Assembly (NCBI RefSeq): GCF_032444005.1
Contig: NC_091286.1
Coordinates: forward strand, 709,094,001-709,158,000
Direction of reading: 5' to 3'
From: Ranitomeya imitator
Taxonomy: Eukaryota
Length of the DNA stretch: 64,000 bases
Of the stretch, positions 57,346 to 64,000 are shown piece by piece; position 1 is the stretch's first letter; each line of letters starts with the position of its first letter. The translations under genes were made by a program, and so were the position numbers. The notes beneath the pieces are model-generated. The model was not told the DNA's origin. It saw only the letters and a list, made by a program, of their open reading frames with translations, and did not search any database.

Positions 57346-57695
57346 GAGACAAACTGAGAGCGAGACAAAGACTGAGCCAGAGAGAGAGTGACAGAGAGAG
57401 TCTGACAGAGAGACAGAGAGAGACAGAGACAGCGAGAGACAGAGACTGACAGGGAGACACAGAGAGAGACTGACCCTGAGAGAGACAGAGACTCAGAGAG
57501 AGGCTAAGAGAGCGAGACAGAGAGTGAGCGAGACAGAGCGATCGAGACAGACAGAGAGCGAGCGAGACAGAGAGAGAGCCAGAGAGAGAGCGAGCGAGAC
57601 AGAGAGAGCGAGCGAGACAGAGAGAGAGCGAGACAGAGAGCGAGACAGAGAGAGACTGACAGAGAGACAGACAGCGAGGGAGACTGACAGAGCAA
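57346..57695 (+). repeat. Degenerate (GA)n/(GACA)n tract, right part
   Basis: Continuation of the 50450-50906 tract. Confidence 0.85.
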
Positions 57696-58397
57696 AACGG
57701 ATGCAAGAAACCTCAGGGACTTGTCAGGAGAGGAACAGTGTCCTGCCTCCTCGTTACTGCACAGTGCAGTTACCTCCAGTCCCCTGCAGCCTGAGCTCCT
57801 ACGTCGTCCTGTCCGGCTGCTCCTGTATCCAGGGCTCAGGGAGGGAAGAAGCAGCGTCCTGAAGTCTCTTCAGCAGACACCACACAGCCGGCAATGTGTG
57901 CGTGTCTGCAGCATGCTCTGCTGGAGGCAGCAGGTACAGTGCCGGCACCCAGCGTCCCCGGACGGACACATGCTCCTCTACAGAACAGGCCGCGGCAGTG
58001 CAGGGAGATTCTGTCCCTGCTCTACCGCAGAGCTCAACTATATTGGCGTGCACAGCAGGCTAATATAGTTAAGGGTAGCGTAGCTCCAGGTGGGCCCCTC
58101 TGAGCTCCGGGCCCGGGGCGACCGCACCCTCTGCCCCCCGTGTAGATACGCTACTGTAGAGAGCAGACATGATGTTGGAGACTGCGGACAGTCAGTGGCG
58201 TTCTGTAGTACAGCGGGGGTATGTCCTATTCTATGTATGTCCTATTCTAATGTATAATGTATAATGTTCTTCTGACAACTCCACTGTCATGTCAACTATG
58301 TAATTCTTTTATGATTTTTATGATTTGATTTAAGTTGTGCTGCTGTGATACCATAATTTCCCACGGGATCAATAAAGTGTATCGTATCGTAAAGTCA

Positions 58398-58763
58398 GGG
58401 GATGACGTGTATAGTTGTGTGTCATCGGCATAAAGATGGTACTGAAAGCCAAATCTGCTGATGGTCTGTCCAATTGGGGCCGTGTAGAGGGAGAAGAGAG
58501 GGGGGCCAAGGACTGAGCCCTGAGGTACCCCGACAGTGAGAGGAAGAGGAGATGAAGTGGAGCCAGAGAACAGACCACTGAAGGAGCGGTCAGAAAGATA
58601 GGAGGAGAACCAGGAGAGAGCAGTGTCCTTAATGCCTAGTGACTGGAGTCTAGAGAGTAGGAGAGGGCGGTCAACAGTGTCGAAAGCTGCAGAAAGATCG
58701 AGAAGAATGAGCCGAGAGTGGTCACCGTTACATTTTGCTGTCAGAAGGTCATTGGTCACCTTG
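58398..58763 (-). mobile_element. L2-clade LINE reverse transcriptase fragment
   Basis: TNDLL...[14 protein letters not shown]...[15 protein letters not shown]...[10 protein letters not shown]. Confidence 0.92.
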
Positions 58764-60300
58764 ATGAATTAACAAATGTGGAATTATATACTTAACAAAA
58801 AAGTGTGAAACACCTGAAAATATGTCTTATATTCTAGGTTCTTCAAAGTAGCCACCTTTTGCTTTGATGACTGCTTTGCACACTCTTGGCATTCTCTTGA
58901 TGAGCTTCAAGAGGTATTCACCGAGAATGGTCTTCCAACAATCGTGAAGGAGTTCCCAGAGATGCTTAGCACTTGTTGGCCCTTTTGCCTTCACTCTGCG
59001 TCCAGCTCACCCCAAACCATCTTGATTGGGTTCAGGTCTGGTGACTGTGGAGGCCAGATCATCTGGCGTAGCACCCATCACTCTCCTTCTTGGTCAAATA
59101 GCCCTTACACAGCCTGGAGGTGTTTGGGGTCATTGTCCTGTTGAAAATAAATGATGTTCCAACTAAACGCAAACTGGATGGAATAGCATGCCGCTGCAAG
59201 ATGCTGTGGTAGCCATGCTGGTTCAGTATGCCTTCAATTTTTATTAAATCCCTAACAGTGTCACCAGCAAAGCCCCCCCCCCCTCCCCCCCATACCATCA
59301 CACCTCCTCCTCCATGCTTTACAGTGGGAACCAGGCATGTAGAGTCCATCCGTTCACCTTTTCTGCGTCACACAAAGACACGGTGGTTGGAACCAAACAT
59401 CTCAAATTTGGACTCATCAGACCAAAGCACAGATTTCCACAGGCCTAATGTTCCTTCCTTGTGTTCTTTAGCCCAAACAAGTCTCTTCTGCTTGTTGCCT
59501 GTCCTTAGCAGTGGTTTCCTAGCAGCTGTTTTACCATGAAGGCCTGCTGCACAAAGTCTCCTCTTAACAGTTGTTGTAGAGATGTGTCTGCTGCTACAAC
59601 TCTGTGTGGCATTGACCTGGATTCTAATCTGAGCTGCTGTTAACCTGCGATTTCTGAGGCTGGTGACTCGGATAAACTTATCCTCTGAAGCAGATGTGAC
59701 TCTTGGTCTTCCTTTCCTGGGGCGGTCCTCATGTGAGCCAGTTTCTTTGTAGCGCTTGATGGTTTTTGCCACTGCACTTGGGGACACTTTCAAAGTTTTC
59801 CCAATTTTTCGGACTGACTGACCTTCATTTCTCAAAGTAATGATGGCCACTTGTTTTTCTTTACTTAGCTGCTTTTTTCTTGCCATAATACAAATTCTAA
59901 CAGTCTATTCAGTAGGACTATCAGCTGTGTATGCACCAGACTTCTGCACAACACAACTGATGGTCCCAACACCATTTATAAGGCAAGAAATCCCACTTAT
60001 TAAACCTGACAGGGCACACATGTGAAGTGAAGACCATTCCCGGAGACTACCTCTTGAAGCTAATCAAGAGAATGCCAAGAGTGTGCAAAGCAGTCATCAA
60101 AGCAAAAGGTGGCTACTGTGAAGAACCTAGAATATAAGACATAATTTCAGTTGTTTCACACTTTTTTGTTAAGTATATAATTCCACATGTGTTACTTCAT
60201 AGTTTTGATGCCTTCAGTGTGAATGTACAATGTTCATAGTCATGAAAATACAGAAAAATCTTTAAATGAGAAGGTGTGTCCAAACTTTTGCTTTGTACTG
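58764..60300 (-). mobile_element. Degenerate Tc1 transposon (different family) with long TIRs; left TIR truncated
   Basis: Frameshifted transposase MARKKQLSKE...GRPR...LWSDESKF (59886-59368) and PTVKHGGG...(59349-59059). The right end is ...GTACTG|TA at 60300. The inverted repeats at 58764-58935 and about 60030-60200 match. Confidence 0.9.
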
Positions 60301-60327
60301 TATATATCACCAGTCTCAGGCCAGGAG

Positions 60328-60383
<56 letters not shown>
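60328..60383 (+). repeat. (TATC)n / GATA microsatellite
   Basis: About 14 perfect units. Confidence 0.97.
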
Positions 60384-60984
60384 CCTCCAATCTGTCACTG
60401 CTGGGATCCCCCAATAACACCAGAATGGTATGCTGCCACCAGTTCATCGTTAGCTATAAGGCCTCTCCGTTAACAAGCTTATATCAGGTCAGAAACCAAC
60501 CCCAGGTAGCATATAAGTACTTGCCGAACTTACAGACGTGGGAAATCTGGTTTCAAGATAAAAGAGCAGTAAGGAGAGAAAACTTCCGCACTACAGCTAC
60601 TGTGCAGAAATGGCCGCCTGATAAGGTAACTGTGTAAGTGGAAGTTGGCTCCCTGCTCCCTTATCGGGCTGTAGTAGCTGTAGTGTAGCTGTAGTGCAGC
60701 AGTTTTCTCTCCTTACCGGTTCAGCATGTGTTCACCAGACAGCTGGACAGACTCCACCACTGTGTCCCCCCTTTTATGTATAGGATTTTTTTTTTAATTT
60801 AAGTGGTGAAAAAAAAAGTTTCAATGAAAAAAACTTTTTGCTTCTGTTGCCATTTTTTCTGAGACTCCATTTGTGTGATCTGGGGCCGGTGCCGGCTCAT
60901 TTCTTGCGCCCTGACCTGACATTTTTATTGATACCATTTGGTGGAGATTCTATGTTTTGATTACATTTTTGTGAAAAAAATGTA

Positions 60985-61365
60985 AATGTAAAAAGCTCAA
61001 CATTATAAAGTTGTGTGCAGCATCTGGGGGTTCAAGGTGCTCACCACACATCCAAACTCAGTGGCGCCCCTTCCCTTCCGAGCCCTGCCCGGTGTCCTAA
61101 AAGTGACTATTCCCATTTATGGAGTATCAGTGTATTCAGGAGAAATTGCACAACACATTGTATTACACAACTTCTCCTGTTACCCTTGTGAAAAAAAAAT
61201 TGGGGCTAACATAACATCTTTATAGGAAAAATGTAATGTTTTTTATTTTCACAGCTCAACATTATAAACTTCTGCGAAGAATCTGGGGGTTCAAGGTTCT
61301 CGCCACACATCTAGACACGTTCCTTGAGGGGTCTAGTTTCCAAAATGGCATCCCTTATGGGAGAG
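60985..61365 (+). repeat. Interspersed-repeat fragment with an internal duplication of about 260 bp
   Basis: AGCTCAACATTATAAA...ATCTGGGGGTTCAAGGT.CTC.CCACACATC occurs at about 60993 and 61253. The family was not identified. Confidence 0.45.
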
Positions 61366-61384
61366 TTCCACTGTCCTTTACAGG

Positions 61385-61607
61385 ACAGAGAACATTATGG
61401 GGACATTATTACAGGATGGGTATCATCATTACAGGATGGGGGACATTATTACAGGATGGATATCATCATTACAGGATGGGGGACATTATTACAGGACGGG
61501 GGACATTATTACAGGAAGGAGGCCATTATTCCAGGATGGAGGACATTATTACAGGATAGGGACATTATTACAGGACAGGGACATTACTAAAGGATGGGGG
61601 GACATCA
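61385..61607 (+). repeat. 20-23-bp short array GGGACATTATTACAGGATGG
   Basis: About 10 degenerate units. Confidence 0.8.
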
Positions 61608-61611
61608 TTAA

Positions 61612-62991
61612 CCCCTTCCCGACGTGTCGTACTAGTACTGCGCTGCGGGAACTGCCTTTCTGCCCGGAGCAGTACTAGTACGGCGACACGATCACCGTGG
61701 CCTCATGCTGAGCGCCGCGGTGATCGGGTGCGGGTGACAGCTGTATGTGACAGCTAACACCCCGCAGCAATACCCACGATCCGTGCTAGCACCGATCGCA
61801 GGCATTTAACCCCTCTGACGCTGCTGTCACTAGTTACAGCGGCATAGAGAACAATTGCACAGGGAGGGGGCTCCCTGCGCTCTCCATCCATGGAGACCCC
61901 CGGCTCCAAGATGGCTGCGGAGTCCTTCCGGGTCCTGGAGTGAGGTGGCTTGCAGGCGCCTGCTACAGTGCTATGCAAAGTGTCAGATCAGCGGTCTGAC
62001 TTTATATAGTGATGTCCCCCCTGGGACAATGTTATAATGTTAAAAAAAAATAAAAAAAATAGAATGTGTAAAAATATATATATATTTTTTTTTTTTAAAT
62101 CCTCAAATAAAAAAAATATTTTTCCAAAAAATCCATTTATGTAAATAAAAACAACAATAAAAGTACACATAGTTAGTATCGCCGCGTCCGTAACGACCTG
62201 ACCTATAAATCTGTCCCACTATTTAACCCCTTCAGTGAACACCGTTTAAAAAAAAGCAAGGCATAAAACAACGCTTTATTATCATACCGCCGAACAAAAA
62301 GTGGAATAACACGCAATCAAAAAGACAGATATAAATAACCACAGTACCGCTGAAAACGTCATCTTGTCCCACAAAAAACGAGCTGCCATAAAGCGTCATC
62401 AGCGAAAACATAAAAAAGTTATAGTCCTGAGAATAAAGCGATGCAAAAATAATTATTTTTTATATAAAATAGTTTTTATTGTATAAAAGCGCCAAAACAT
62501 AAAAAAATGATATAAATGAGGTATCGCTGTAATCGTACTGACCCGAAGAATAAAACTGCTTTATCAATTTTACCAAACGCGGAACGGTATAAACGCCTCC
62601 CCCAAAAGAAATTCATGAATAGCTGGTTTTTGGTCATTCAGCCTCACAAAAATCAGAATAAAAAGCGATCAAAAAATGTCACGTGCCCGAAAATGTTACC
62701 AATAAAAACGTCAACTCGTCCCGCAAAAAACAAGACCTCACATGACTCTGTGGACCAAAATATGGATAAATTATAGCTCTCAAAATGAGGAGACGCAAAA
62801 ACTATTTTTTTCAATAAAAAGCGTCTTTCAGTGTGTGACGGCTGCCAATCATAAAAATCCGCTAAAAAACCCACTATAAAAGTAAATCAAACCCCCCTTC
62901 ATCACCCCCTTAGGGAAAAATAATAAAATAAAAAATGTATTTATTTCCATTTTCCCATTAAGGTTAGGGTTGGGGCTAAAGTTAGGGCTAG
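61612..62991. mobile_element. Non-autonomous DNA element with a TTAA|CCCCTT terminus (piggyBac-like), interrupted by the second Gypsy
   Basis: TTAA at 61608-61611 followed by CCCCTT, an AT-rich non-coding body, and GTTAGGG-like repeats at the point of LTR insertion. The other end is outside the window. Confidence 0.45.
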
Positions 62992-64000
62992 TGTTATGAC
63001 CTGGTGGTCAGGACAATAATGGACCTAGTGGTTAAGAGCACACGGAATGACCTGATAGTTACTGATAATAAGGACGAGCTCTGGGACGTGGGAACTCTGC
63101 TGACCGCAATCCCTAAACCTATCAAACACACTAGAAATAGCCGTGGATTGCGCCTAACGCTCCCTATGCAACTCGGCACAGCCTAAGAAACTAGCTAGCC
63201 CTGAAGATAGAAAAATAAAGCCTACCTTGCCTCAGAAAAATTCCCCAAAGGAAAAGGCAGCCCACCACATATAATGACTGTGAGTAAAGATGAAAATACA
63301 AACACAGAGATGAAATAGATTTAGCAAAATGAGGCCCGACTTACTGAACAGACCGAGGATAGGAAAGGTTACTTTGCGGTCAGCACAAAAACCTACAAAA
63401 AGACCACGCAGAGGGCGCAAAAAGACCCTCTGCACCGACTCACGGTGCGGAGGTGCTCCCTCTGCGTCCCAGAGCTTCCAGCAAGCAAGAAAACAAATTA
63501 AAAAGCAAGCTGGACAGAAAAATAGCAAACCAAAGAAATACAAGCTGGAACTTAGCTTCTGATGGGAAGACAGGTCACAAGAACGATCCAGGAGTGAACA
63601 GACCAATACTGGAACATTGACAGGTGGCATGGAGCAAAGATCTAAGTGGAGTTAAATAGAGCAGCAGCTAACGAATTAACCTCGTCACCTGTGAAACTCA
63701 GAAACACCCACCAGAGGAAGTCCATGGACAGAACCAGCCGAAGTACCATTCATGACCACAGGAGGGAGCCCGACAACAGAATTCACAACAGTACCCCCCC
63801 CTTGAGGAGGGGTCACCGAACCCTCACCAGAGCCCCCAGGCCGACCAGGATGAGCCAAATGAAAGGCACGAACCAGATCGGCAGCATGAACATCAGAGGC
63901 AAAAACCCAGGAATTATCTTCCTGACCATAACCCTTCCACTTGACCAGGTACTGGAGTTTCCGTCTCAAAATACAAGAATCCAAAATCTTCTCCATCACA
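62992..64000 (-). mobile_element. 3' end of a second, related chromovirus Gypsy: 799-bp 3' LTR (62992-63790), PPT and chromodomain; continues beyond the window
   Basis: TG..CA LTR, PPT AAGGGGGGGGTAC, and peptide EKILDSCILRRKLQYLVKWKGYGQEDNSWVFASDVHA. The LTR is clearly diverged from the first element. Confidence 0.93.

Noticed and set aside
58060-58157. hAT-like MITE terminus (...GGGCCC...TAGATACGCTACTG)
   Set aside because: It resembles CAGTGGCGTA-type ends, but I found no convincing partner TIR or 8-bp TSD in the window.
58330-58392. Plus-strand LINE 3' tail (GGGATCAATAAAGTGTATCGTATCGTA)
   Set aside because: Suggestive but too short to assign without a library search.
62960-62991. Telomere or interstitial telomeric repeat
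   Set aside because: Only a few degenerate GTTAGGG-like units inside a repeat element, not a (TTAGGG)n tract.

Overview
Vertebrate genomic DNA, most likely a frog (inferred from the repeat families and gene structure). The window holds most of the minus-strand pseudokinase gene nrbp1. I mapped 14 constitutive coding exons plus a 24-nt VFHRIFAN microexon between 37687 and 8673 (454 or 462 codons, frame-consistent). A probable non-coding first exon and CpG-rich promoter sit at about 47.1-47.5 kb, and the last coding exons lie off the left edge. By my rough sum, about three quarters of the gene span is tandem repeat, with a different minisatellite in nearly every long intron; almost all long ORFs in the supplied track are artefacts of these arrays. 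Mobile elements include an apparently intact Tc1 (DD34E, IR/DR) in intron 1, a full-length single-ORF chromodomain Ty3/Gypsy element with about 99%-identical LTRs nested in a palindromic MITE, the 3' end of a second Gypsy, two degenerate Tc1s, L2-type LINE fragments and a Penelope-like remnant. The most notable observations are: (1) a minimal type I hammerhead ribozyme with a compensatory U3-A8 core in the Penelope remnant; (2) a tRNA-independent, Tf1-type self-priming signature in the Gypsy element, with a testable prediction for the second family; (3) a minisatellite apparently born from the Tc1 PTVKHGG motif; (4) an atypical 6-bp palindromic TSD; (5) a GC-AG intron and the activation-segment microexon. 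I found no wholly new multi-gene system.
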